From positions 1 through 26,765 of the forward strand of contig CAWGPQ010000020.1 in the NCBI GenBank assembly GCA_963824495.1: 26,765 nucleotides of DNA. The letters run 5' to 3'. The notes under the pieces are model-generated. The model saw only the letters and a program-made list of their open reading frames with translations. It searched no databases and was not told the DNA's origin. The position numbers were made by a program, and so were the translations under genes. Position 1 is the first letter of the stretch, and every line of letters begins with the position of its first letter. The stretch is from an uncultured bacterium. GTDB lineage: Bacteria; Babelota; Babeliae; Babelales; Babelaceae. This document shows, piece by piece, positions 18,129-26,537 of the stretch.

Positions 18129-18410
18129 TTAAGATTTAGGGACAACATAGGAATCAATAAGCATAAAGTAAGATCCGCCAAATGCTCCTTGATTGTATGC
18201 TTTAAGGTGAGCTTGACACTGGGCTTGACAAGTTTTCTCATCGCTTGCTTCTACTTCTTTGGTAAACGAAATCATGGCCGAGGCTCCACCTCGAGTAGGC
18301 GCACTCGTATAGGTAAAGATGCATTTTCCTAGGGCAAAGGATTCAGTATAGGATGCAAGCAATACGCTACTCAAACCAATAGTCGCAGCAAATAACTTGA
18401 GCTTCATCAT
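18129..18410 (-). CDS. Small secreted hypothetical protein
   Basis: AAAGGA RBS; signal peptide ending ESFA; 93 aa with three Cys. Confidence 0.65.
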   Translation of the reverse strand: MMKLKLFAATIGLSSVLLASYTESFALGKCIFTYTSAPTRGGASAMISFTKEVEASDEKTCQAQCQAHLKAYNQGAFGGSYFMLIDSYVVPKS

Positions 18411-18708
18411 GTATTCCTTTCTTTATATATAAAAAACTATTTTATCACTATAGAATTATAACTTATACTCATAGCATCAAATAATATAATCAAATTGCAA
18501 TAATTAATAATTAAATATTTTACAAAACTCGACAATAAAAATAACCAGCTTCATTTTTAGAATAAAGCAAACTAAGTCGTTGCACGCACACGTTTTCAGA
18601 TCATATGTTTTTATTGATTTTCCTGAGTTTTAGGGTACTCTTACAATTAATAAAAAAATTCTTGCAGAAACGCTTATACACGAATGACACACAACGAAGG
18701 AGTTCTCT

Positions 18709-19755
18709 ATGTTCAAAAAGCTTGGTAGTATGTTGACTATAATCAGCCTGCTTTCCTCATCGGTCAGTGCGGAGTTTATAGCACCTATTGGTCGAAACCT
18801 AGCTCGTCAGTCATCCAATATTAACTTTCTTTATCAGCCGGATAGACCACCGCGAACGCTTGATTTTGCAGCAACATTTGAATACGAGCGAACCTTTAAT
18901 GAGAAAGCTTTTGATCCTATTATTGAAAATTTTATCGAAGATCTTAACTTTAAGCTTGAGTTTGGTGGATTCTCAGAAACACTTGACGGCCTTTATTTCA
19001 GAGTAAATGCGCCTTTTGCTCATACACGCTTAAGAATACCAGACAGACCTTCGAAGGTTGACGAGCCAAAATCAGGCATACTAGACAAGGTCGACTTCAC
19101 GTTTCTTAAAAAGTCACGCCTTGTCAATCTTGACTTAATCTTAGGTTATAACTTCTTACAAGACTATGATTATCATCTTGGTCTGTATTTCTTAGCAATA
19201 GCACCGACAGACCATTGGCGCATTTTTGCCAATAGAAAATGGCAGGTAGGTGGTGGCCTTCAGGGTCATTATGAGCTCTGGAGCTGCGGTGCCGATAATT
19301 CAGTAACAGCCTACTTTGAAGGCTATGCAACACGTCTTGTTCATGCCCGTAGAGATAGTGCTCGTTCATGGCTTACTAATCTAATGTCTGCCGTGCAAGG
19401 CGAAGCATTATTCCAGCTTATTTACCGTAATGGTGGATGGTCATTGGGCGGCGGCTATAACTTCTATGGCAGCAGCAAGGAGAAAATTACCCTTAATTCT
19501 GAGTCAGATATTCTCAATGATCTTGCAGCACAAGCTCAACTTCCATTCCTAACCGCTGACGAGCTTGATCATAATGGCTTCGTAATTAATCCGGGCTTGC
19601 GTGTCCATCGACTCTTTGGCCATATCGATTACGCTTGGTTCGATTCTCCTTATACACCATTTATTGGTCTAGGTGGTCAAGTGGATCTTGCTCAAAAAAG
19701 AAAATTTGGTATTAATAATTTTGGCATTTGGCTAAAAGGTGGAATCTCCTTCTAG
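18709..19755 (+). CDS. Secreted protein, probable outer-membrane beta-barrel
   Basis: GGAGG RBS; signal peptide ending VSA; amphipathic strands; BAM-type C-terminal signal FGIWLKGGISF. Confidence 0.75.
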   Translation: MFKKLGSMLTIISLLSSSVSAEFIAPIGRNLARQSSNINFLYQPDRPPRTLDFAATFEYERTFNEKAFDPIIENFIEDLNFKLEFGGFSETLDGLYFRVNAPFAHTRLRIPDRPSKVDEPKSGILDKVDFTFLKKSRLVNLDLILGYNFLQDYDYHLGLYFLAIAPTDHWRIFANRKWQVGGGLQGHYELWSCGADNSVTAYFEGYATRLVHARRDSARSWLTNLMSAVQGEALFQLIYRNGGWSLGGGYNFYGSSKEKITLNSESDILNDLAAQAQLPFLTADELDHNGFVINPGLRVHRLFGHIDYAWFDSPYTPFIGLGGQVDLAQKRKFGINNFGIWLKGGISF

Positions 19756-19781
19756 CACGTCTATCATAATTAAGCTACACT

Positions 19782-19805
19782 GGAGACCTCCTGACAAAGG
19801 TCTCC
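19782..19805. terminator. Intergenic hairpin (possible terminator or processing stem)
   Basis: GGAGACCT-N8-AGGTCTCC; no clear U-tract. Confidence 0.35.
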
Positions 19806-19824
19806 TTAAATATTGAAAAGAACT

Positions 19825-20394
19825 ATGAAAAGATATTTAACAGCTTCCCTATTGTATACCCTACTTATGAGCAGTTCTGCACAAGCAACTATAGAAGAAA
19901 GCATAAACCATTGGTATCAAGAAAAATTTCAAGACTTACCAAACCAGGATAAAAAGTGTATGACAGAAGCCATCTATTACGGCATTGTAGAACACGAGGC
20001 TAAACTGAAAGAACGGTCGGGTGACAATTTTGCTACGGAACGCTACCCTGAGCTGCCACAAAGCTTATCAACTCAAGGAATAATTACCCATATAGAGAAT
20101 CGCCTCAGGGAGCTCAAGAGAGATTTAGATAATAATAATCCCATGCTGCTTAGTGCTATGGAAACGTTCAAAGAATATATTCACAGGGTTGGAAGAGCCT
20201 ATATAGTAACGTCAAAAGCACGTGGCCATTCAGATACTAGTACCGAGATTAACACAATAACATTTCTAAAAAATACTGCTATTAGGTTCTATGCACGCGT
20301 TTATCCAGATGTCCCCGACAAAACAATTACGTTATTTCGCACACCACAAAATTTGACATTACCCGACCCAACAAATTTAGAAAATCGATCATGA
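19825..20394 (+). CDS. Secreted hypothetical protein
   Basis: Signal peptide MKRYLTASLLYTLLMSSSAQA; helical-looking ORFan. Confidence 0.7.
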   Translation: MKRYLTASLLYTLLMSSSAQATIEESINHWYQEKFQDLPNQDKKCMTEAIYYGIVEHEAKLKERSGDNFATERYPELPQSLSTQGIITHIENRLRELKRDLDNNNPMLLSAMETFKEYIHRVGRAYIVTSKARGHSDTSTEINTITFLKNTAIRFYARVYPDVPDKTITLFRTPQNLTLPDPTNLENRS

Positions 20395-20406
20395 ACATGG
20401 TCGGTA

Positions 20407-20931
20407 TTATGCGGCCGCTGCTGCTGCAGGAAGCTGAGCAGGCAACACAGCATACTCTCCCATAATTTTTGCCAATATATCTTTCGCCCCCATAGGCTCA
20501 GCAGCATGTCCAAATGCAATTCCTGTCCAATAATTAACTATAAGAGCAAACAAAAGCACCTCTCCAGCAGTTAACACTATGGCAGCCGAAAAACCATCAG
20601 GGGTAGCAAGTCGTGACTTAATCTTTTGTCGTAGCTCCTGCCAATTTTTAGAAGGCTCGCCCGTTGCTTGTTCTATTATACTTGCCAATGGAAGATGAGC
20701 ACTAATCCAAGCATCAGGTGCTCGCCGAATTTCATTGCTAATATCTTGTGCTATAGTACTAAATAGCGAACCAATATATACTAACCATCCCTCTTGAGCC
20801 GAGAGAGATGATGCCTCCCCTTTTTGCTTGGCAAGCACTTTTAGAGCCGCAAGTACTTCAGGACCCTGGGCTACTACCATCTGGCTACAAACAAGTCCTA
20901 GGTAAATATAAGTAATTTTTAAAAATTTCAT
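20407..20931 (-). CDS. Secreted or membrane hypothetical protein
   Basis: AAGGA RBS before MKFLK; signal peptide ending VVA; hydrophobic segment near the C-terminus. Confidence 0.65.
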   Translation of the reverse strand: MKFLKITYIYLGLVCSQMVVAQGPEVLAALKVLAKQKGEASSLSAQEGWLVYIGSLFSTIAQDISNEIRRAPDAWISAHLPLASIIEQATGEPSKNWQELRQKIKSRLATPDGFSAAIVLTAGEVLLFALIVNYWTGIAFGHAAEPMGAKDILAKIMGEYAVLPAQLPAAAAAA

Positions 20932-21033
20932 ATAGCATCCTTTATAATTATTTATATTCATATTTATATAGAATTAGGTAATGTTAACACCTTTCCTTTT
21001 TTCATGTTTTTAATGTTGTCTATGACTCTTGGT

Positions 21034-21672
21034 CTATAACTCTTGTTTGAATCTTTCGAGCCCTTCAAGGTAAGGCTTTATTGTTGAATATAGGCTAGAA
21101 AGAGGCTCTAACTCTGCGGGAGTTGATAATCCCTTTCCTGCGGTAGAGTTAAGATGAGAATAAAGTACGTTATAAAACTCTAACTTTATTTCTACTCTAT
21201 TAAAGCGCTGTATTAAGGTTGATAACCAAGATAGATTAGAGTATCTTCGTGTAAAAAATAACTCTACATGTTGTTGATGATCTGATAGTACTTTGTCTAT
21301 AGCACTGTTCATCTCATCAATAGCAGCTTGTATAGGTGTACCTCTATAGGTATCGTAGGCTTTACCTTCGTCTCGCTTAAGGCCTAGATCTGAGAGTCCA
21401 CCAAATCGTATATAATAATCTAGATACGATTCTTCAATTTTGATTACATCGGTAAGATACCTAGCAAGATAATTGGCTAGATCGACTTGTTGATCGGGGC
21501 TTGCAGTACCTATATACGTTTGATACCATTGTTGGGCAGCATCTTGTGCTTCTGATCTAACCTCTTTAATCAGGGTTTCTATATCTTGCTCTGTCGGTAA
21601 TTTCGCATCAATTATAGTACACAGTAATGCACTCAAAAACCATGCAATTGTTAAGTAACGTGGTTTCTTCAT
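21034..21672 (-). CDS. Secreted hypothetical protein
   Basis: AAGGAG RBS; signal peptide ending IDA. Confidence 0.72.
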   Translation of the reverse strand: MKKPRYLTIAWFLSALLCTIIDAKLPTEQDIETLIKEVRSEAQDAAQQWYQTYIGTASPDQQVDLANYLARYLTDVIKIEESYLDYYIRFGGLSDLGLKRDEGKAYDTYRGTPIQAAIDEMNSAIDKVLSDHQQHVELFFTRRYSNLSWLSTLIQRFNRVEIKLEFYNVLYSHLNSTAGKGLSTPAELEPLSSLYSTIKPYLEGLERFKQEL

Positions 21673-21888
21673 ATCAGCTCCTTAACTTTACATTTTTTTA
21701 AAATATACTAATTATAATTATCATGCCTTTAAAAGTGATTATTTGTCAATAATTTATTTAAGGAAACTTAGAATTCTGCTATATATAAAAAATAATATTG
21801 CAAACTGAAGTTATTATGTGTTAATATAGGCTGTAGTAATCAAAACTAGATTGTATCTTTGCTGCTCATATCATAACAAGGAGAGTAT

Positions 21889-23217
21889 ATGATAAACAAA
21901 ATATTTCTTACTAGCACTCTTATAAGCATGATCTCTACTCCTATCGATGCATTAGATCGGCTGAGTAGATGTGATACGTTAGGTCAAGCGGTACTTGCCG
22001 CCAAGACTGCTGATGATGCCAAAAAAGAATATCGCAAATTTGCCGTTAACTGCCATCCAGACAAATTTAAAACTCCTAAAGAAAAGAAGACCTCACAAGA
22101 GTTATTTATCAATGTTACTGATGCCTATGAAAAGGCTATAGGCAAAGCGCCAACAGCAGCGGAGTATACTCCGCCAACCCCAGGCTATGCCCCAGAATGG
22201 TACGAGACTTATGGAGGACATGGGCGCCCTTGTACTTCTCCTCAAGATGAATCATTGCTCAATGCAGCCGGTAGAGGAGATAAGCAGGGTGTTGAAGAAG
22301 CAATTGCTGCAGGTGCTCATATCGACTGCGTTAACAGGAATGGTGTGACTGCCCTTATGAAGGCAGCTCAGCATGGACGTGCTGATATAGTGAGGCTGCT
22401 TATAGAGCGTAAGGCTACTATTGATATAGCTGATTATGAAGATGCTACCGCTCTTCATTATGCAGCTGACTATCCTGAGATAATAAAGATCCTTATAGAG
22501 GCTGGAGCCGATGTTAACGTTGCAGGTCAGTATACTAATACTCCTCTTATACAAGCAGCTCGGCGTGGCAATAAAGATATAGTAACGCTGCTTCTTCAAG
22601 CTGGAGCTGGTGTTAATGATGCCGATGAATATGGCAATACTGCTTTACTGGAAGCAACGATAGGTCATCATACAGATGTTGCTAGGATACTTCTAGAGCA
22701 TAAAGCTGATCCTAATCGCGCTACCCTTGGATTTCGTACCACTCCTCTCAGGGTGGCAAGAGCACGTGGCTATAATGACATAGTTGACCTGCTTTTAAAG
22801 TATGGTGCTCGTTCAGACGAAGGGACAATTGCTGCGGATAAGGCGTTAGCAGAGGCAGTTTACAGAGGAAACAAGCAAGGCGTTGAAAAAGCAATTGCAG
22901 AAGGTGCCAATGTTAATTCTGTTAATGTTTTTAATGTGCCTCCTCTTAAAGAAGCAGCTGCTCGTGGTTATGAAGATATAGTTAAAATGCTTATAGCGGC
23001 TGGGGCCGAGGTTAACCACATCGATGAAAATGGCTATACGCCTTTACTGGAAGCAACGATAAATGGTCATACAAATATTGTGAAGATACTTTTAGAGCAT
23101 AAAGCCGATCCTAATCTTGCTACTTTTATAACACGTATTACACCCTTGATGGCAGCAAGAAAAAGTGGTTATAACAATATAGTCGACCTGCTTTTGTACT
23201 ATGGTGCTCGCTCATAG
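21889..23217 (+). CDS. Secreted J-domain (DnaJ, HPD) plus ankyrin-repeat protein
   Basis: AAGGAG RBS; signal peptide ending IDA; KKEYRKFAVNCHPDK...FINVTDAYE J-domain; Pro-rich linker; about 8 ankyrin repeats. Confidence 0.9.
   Translation: MINKIFLTSTLISMISTPIDALDRLSRCDTLGQAVLAAKTADDAKKEYRKFAVNCHPDKFKTPKEKKTSQELFINVTDAYEKAIGKAPTAAEYTPPTPGYAPEWYETYGGHGRPCTSPQDESLLNAAGRGDKQGVEEAIAAGAHIDCVNRNGVTALMKAAQHGRADIVRLLIERKATIDIADYEDATALHYAADYPEIIKILIEAGADVNVAGQYTNTPLIQAARRGNKDIVTLLLQAGAGVNDADEYGNTALLEATIGHHTDVARILLEHKADPNRATLGFRTTPLRVARARGYNDIVDLLLKYGARSDEGTIAADKALAEAVYRGNKQGVEKAIAEGANVNSVNVFNVPPLKEAAARGYEDIVKMLIAAGAEVNHIDENGYTPLLEATINGHTNIVKILLEHKADPNLATFITRITPLMAARKSGYNNIVDLLLYYGARS
22643..23210 (+). 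repeat. Intragenic duplication of an ankyrin block (22643-22811 and 23042-23210, offset 399 nt)
   Basis: CTTTACTGGAAGCAACGATA, TAGAGCATAAAGC, GACCTGCTTTT and TATGGTGCTCG occur in both copies. Confidence 0.85.
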
Positions 23218-23235
23218 TTCTTTAATGAGTTTATG

Positions 23236-23266
23236 GGGCTAACTCAAGCGTTCTCACAGTTAGCCC
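23236..23266 (+). terminator. Hairpin after the J-domain/ankyrin gene
   Basis: GGGCTAACT-N13-AGTTAGCCC; no U-tract. Confidence 0.35.
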
Positions 23267-23381
23267 TGAAGCCATATATAAGTTTATAATACTCCTGTAG
23301 GCAACTCTTGCTAAGTCGCGCCTATAACTTTTAGAATTATTCAAGAACTCATGCATAATAACATGATAGTAAGGATCAACA

Positions 23382-23603
23382 ATGATTACACTAAAGCCAA
23401 AATTTGTTTATGATGAACACGAAAAACTTGTCGGTGTTATTTTAACGCTTGAAGAATTTAGGCTTTTAATTGATGATCTTGAAGATGCGCATGATTACTT
23501 TATGCTCCGTGAAAGTAAAGGAAAAAAAGAAAAATCTTATACGCTTGAAGAAGCAAAAGCAGCTCTTTTTAGTAAAGAAATAATAAAGAATAATAAAAAA
23601 TAA
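23382..23603 (+). CDS. Antitoxin-like small protein (type found with RelE/ParE toxins)
   Basis: AAGGA RBS; KPKFVYDEHEKLVGVILTLEEFRLLIDDLEDAHD...YTLEEAK pattern. Confidence 0.6.
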   Translation: MITLKPKFVYDEHEKLVGVILTLEEFRLLIDDLEDAHDYFMLRESKGKKEKSYTLEEAKAALFSKEIIKNNKK

Positions 23604-23605
23604 GC

Positions 23606-23788
23606 ATGAATAAACAAAAAAATTTTCTTAAGATATCTATTAAGCCTCGATTTATCAGAAACGAACAGGGTGAGCCCTTAGAAGTATATCTTGACATTAA
23701 AGCCTATAACGCAATACTAGATACGCTAAAAGCACTTGAACAAGGGAGAAAAGGCACAAAAAACAATAGCACGAAAGATGTCATATGA
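23606..23788 (+). CDS. Second antitoxin-like small protein, similar to the previous gene
   Basis: KPRFIRNEQGEPLEVYLDIKAYNAILDTL aligns with the neighbour's N-terminal motif. Confidence 0.5.
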   Translation: MNKQKNFLKISIKPRFIRNEQGEPLEVYLDIKAYNAILDTLKALEQGRKGTKNNSTKDVI

Positions 23789-24438
23789 AAATTCAATACT
23801 CCAGCCTATTAAGTATACTTTTAAGCTTAAGCACACTTGCTTTTCCCGACCAACAAGAAATGACCCCTGAAAACTCTGAAAGCTTTTGGCATTGTTTTCA
23901 AGAAGGATATATCTTGGGATTCCTGCCAATTATAGGGCAGACTGCAACACTATCTCGCTCAGAAGAGTTATCGAAGAAATTTAAGATTAACGCTAACCTG
24001 TGTATTGATGGTTTATATACCGGTCATGTAGCAGGTATTACAAGTTTTTTGGGAGCACTTGTTGTTGCTAACAAATACAAGGGCAAAAAAAACATGGCTG
24101 TTGTTGCTGCCGCTCCTCTAGGATTATCAGTAGCTAGTGTATTGCCTTCGTCAATAAAAGAATTTCTGCTATCCCTGACAACAGGATTTGGACTTGGCTT
24201 CTTTCCTATCATTGGGCAACTTGGAACTATAACGGGGCTTAAAGAGAGCAGCTCTCAGGCAAACCAGCTTGCACTTGGCACAGGTCATGTAGCAGGACTA
24301 TATACCTATATTTCTATAATTAAATCTTTAGGCAAGGAACATGGTGCTTGCGTTGGCGCCCTAGCAGCGGTGGCACCAACAACGCTTGCAGTTACATGCT
24401 TAGCTATTCTTGCTAATGTTTATAGCACGCAGTCATAA
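23785..24438 (+). CDS. Secreted or membrane protein with two internal Gly-rich hydrophobic repeats
   Basis: Signal peptide; LGFLPIIGQ/LGFFPIIGQ and TGHVAG each occur twice; ATGA overlap with the upstream gene. Confidence 0.7.
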   Translation: MKIQYSSLLSILLSLSTLAFPDQQEMTPENSESFWHCFQEGYILGFLPIIGQTATLSRSEELSKKFKINANLCIDGLYTGHVAGITSFLGALVVANKYKGKKNMAVVAAAPLGLSVASVLPSSIKEFLLSLTTGFGLGFFPIIGQLGTITGLKESSSQANQLALGTGHVAGLYTYISIIKSLGKEHGACVGALAAVAPTTLAVTCLAILANVYSTQS

Positions 24439-25909
24439 AGCATGCTGCCGCTTGAGGTCCTTGTGAATGCTTTGCATATGTGCAGAGAGGCCAGGACATA
24501 GACTTGACCTTATCGATTATATTCCATTGATATTCAATTTCTGCTGCACTAACAGAGATAGACCGATCAGCCATCATAATTTTTTGAAATATAATCTCGT
24601 AAGCAGAGGGAGCTTCTTTAGCTGAGCACTCAGAGCAATATTCAAGCTTGGCCTGAACAGGCTCAGCCCCAACACCGGGCTTTTTAGTATTCAGAGAAAG
24701 AGAAAAGCCACCGTTGGGTGTTTGCCCTGACGAAGCAGTGAGCGTAAAAACATTAGCAGGTGCATTGGCATATTGCTTAAATACAATTTGTATCTCAGAG
24801 CTTTTTTTATCAAGCATTTTTCCAGACTGAACGTAAAATGGCACCCCAAGCCAACGTTTAGTATTCACGGTTAGCTCTAGTGCAGCAAACGTTTCTGTTA
24901 TCGATTCTTTGGCGACACCCGGCTCATCACGATATCCCTCGTATTGGCCCAAAATACCTCTACGTACGGTAATATGCTTAAGAACATCTGTTTTTCTCGT
25001 CGATAGATCAACTAAAGAATCTTGTGGGCACTCCATAGCAACCAAGGCAACCATTTGTAAAAGATGATTCTGAACAACATCGCGCAAGGCTCCATAAGCA
25101 TCATAAAAGCTCCCACGACCTTCAATGCCAATATGCTCGTTTAAAAATAATGTAACGTGGTCGATAGAACAGCTGTTCCAGGCCGGTTCAAGAAGAGCAT
25201 TATGTGTGCGCATGAATACAAGAGAATTAACAAACTCTTTAGCCAAATAATGATCTATGCGATATATCTGTTGAGCATCAAGAAGCTGTTCCACACACTG
25301 ATTGATTGCTCGTGCGCTAGCACAATCTGACCCAAATGGCTTCTCATATGCTATACGATGACAAGAATTATGAGCTTCAAGTATCTTTGCTCCGGTTAAT
25401 TGCTGAGTTAAAGGACAAAAAAGATCTGAGGGCATCGATAGATATACAAGCCGATTACCCGATAAGCCATGATGAGCTTCACGTGCTTTAATAAATTCTG
25501 CAAGTTTGCTGAAATCTTCTTCACGTTCAAAGTTAATTTGATAATATGAAGTACGCGACCTCAGCGCTTCCCATGCTTTTTCATCATAATCATGTATAAA
25601 ATCGCGTGCGTTTTTTAACACACTATCGGCCGTTTCTTGCTTTCTTCCAACGCCAATAATAATAATGTTTTCTTGCTGACGCTTAAGTATAGCAGAGAGG
25701 GCAGGGATTAAATGTCGCTTAGCCAAATCTCCGGTCACCCCAAAAATAACAATAGTCCAATCACGGGTCCCATCACGAGCAGCACCCTGAGATTCTCGGA
25801 CATTTTCCAAACATGTACCGGCACATTTCTTGGCACTAAGACCGGACTGAGCAACAAGCGCAAGCATACAGAGACCCATAAGAATATATGTACAATAACG
25901 TAGTTTCAT
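24413..25909 (-). CDS. zwf: Glucose-6-phosphate 1-dehydrogenase with an N-terminal signal peptide-like extension
   Basis: GVTGDLAKR, EKPFG, RIDHYLAKE, GALRDVVQNHLLQ, TETFAA and RWLGVPFY..SGK motifs; likely start MKLRY at 25909. Confidence 0.92.
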   Translation of the reverse strand: MKLRYCTYILMGLCMLALVAQSGLSAKKCAGTCLENVRESQGAARDGTRDWTIVIFGVTGDLAKRHLIPALSAILKRQQENIIIIGVGRKQETADSVLKNARDFIHDYDEKAWEALRSRTSYYQINFEREEDFSKLAEFIKAREAHHGLSGNRLVYLSMPSDLFCPLTQQLTGAKILEAHNSCHRIAYEKPFGSDCASARAINQCVEQLLDAQQIYRIDHYLAKEFVNSLVFMRTHNALLEPAWNSCSIDHVTLFLNEHIGIEGRGSFYDAYGALRDVVQNHLLQMVALVAMECPQDSLVDLSTRKTDVLKHITVRRGILGQYEGYRDEPGVAKESITETFAALELTVNTKRWLGVPFYVQSGKMLDKKSSEIQIVFKQYANAPANVFTLTASSGQTPNGGFSLSLNTKKPGVGAEPVQAKLEYCSECSAKEAPSAYEIIFQKIMMADRSISVSAAEIEYQWNIIDKVKSMSWPLCTYAKHSQGPQAAACFMTACYKH

Positions 25910-25944
25910 ATCGCTCTCTCTTTGTATTTTGAATGGCTTTTGAA

Positions 25945-26200
25945 CAACCACATCGCCCTGTGGGATGGTAATTCCTGGTCAACGCTTGGTTCAGGGATGA
26001 ACCAAGCCGTTTCCGTGCTGGCGGTCTCCGACACAAACCTGTATGCGGGCGGTGGATTCAGTACTGCGGGTGGAGTCTCAGCCAAATGCATTGCCCAATG
26101 GGATGGGAGTTCCTGGTCAGGCGTGGGATCAGGGTTGAACCCGTTTGTTTACGCCGTTGCGGTGTCGGGCACCAACTTGTTCGCAGGTGGTTACTTCGAG
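25945..26200 (+). other. Internal fragment of a beta-propeller repeat surface protein from a GC-richer source
   Basis: Two repeats of IA.WDG.SWS..GSG.N..V...AVS.TNL.AGG.F; no native start or stop. Confidence 0.75.
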
Positions 26201-26537
26201 AACATGCAATTCGCATACTTGGCAGAATACTAAATATATACAGATGGCAATGACAAATAGAGATTTACAATTTTCAGAATATGGAACTGAATTAAGAACT
26301 AAAATTTTTGCTGCATATAATATTGCTCCCATTATGGGAATAGTTGATGCTACTACAGGGAAGTTAAATAGTGGACAACAAGTTGAACTTTATAAAGATG
26401 GTGCTTTGCGTCCTACTTTTAAAAAGAATCTTATTATTATACAAAAGAACTTATAGAAATGGGTTTTGGTTTTACAGATATTGCTGTTAACACCAAATAT
26501 GTTGAATCTTATTGATATAGCCACACAAGCCGAAATT
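26200..26537 (+). other. Frameshifted internal fragment of a phage portal-like protein (AT-rich)
   Basis: KYIQMAMTNRDLQFSEY...IFAAYNIAP.MG.......N..QQVELYKDGALRP resembles HK97-type portal D.QF.E..I..AF.VPP..LG...N.E.Q; continues via frameshifts as ESYYYTKELIEMGFG and LIDIATQAEI. Confidence 0.55.

Noticed and set aside
17175..25909. tRNA-integrated genomic island or prophage
   Set aside because: No integrase and no duplicated tRNA 3' end noticed; the variable region lies on the tRNA 5' side
25910..25951. Longer zwf start at 25951
   Set aside because: Reaches into the foreign fragment at the junction; the ATG at 25909 follows a purine-rich SD-like tract and begins a signal-like sequence
26200..26537. 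Prophage
   Set aside because: Only an isolated, frameshifted portal-like fragment with no terminase, capsid or other phage genes
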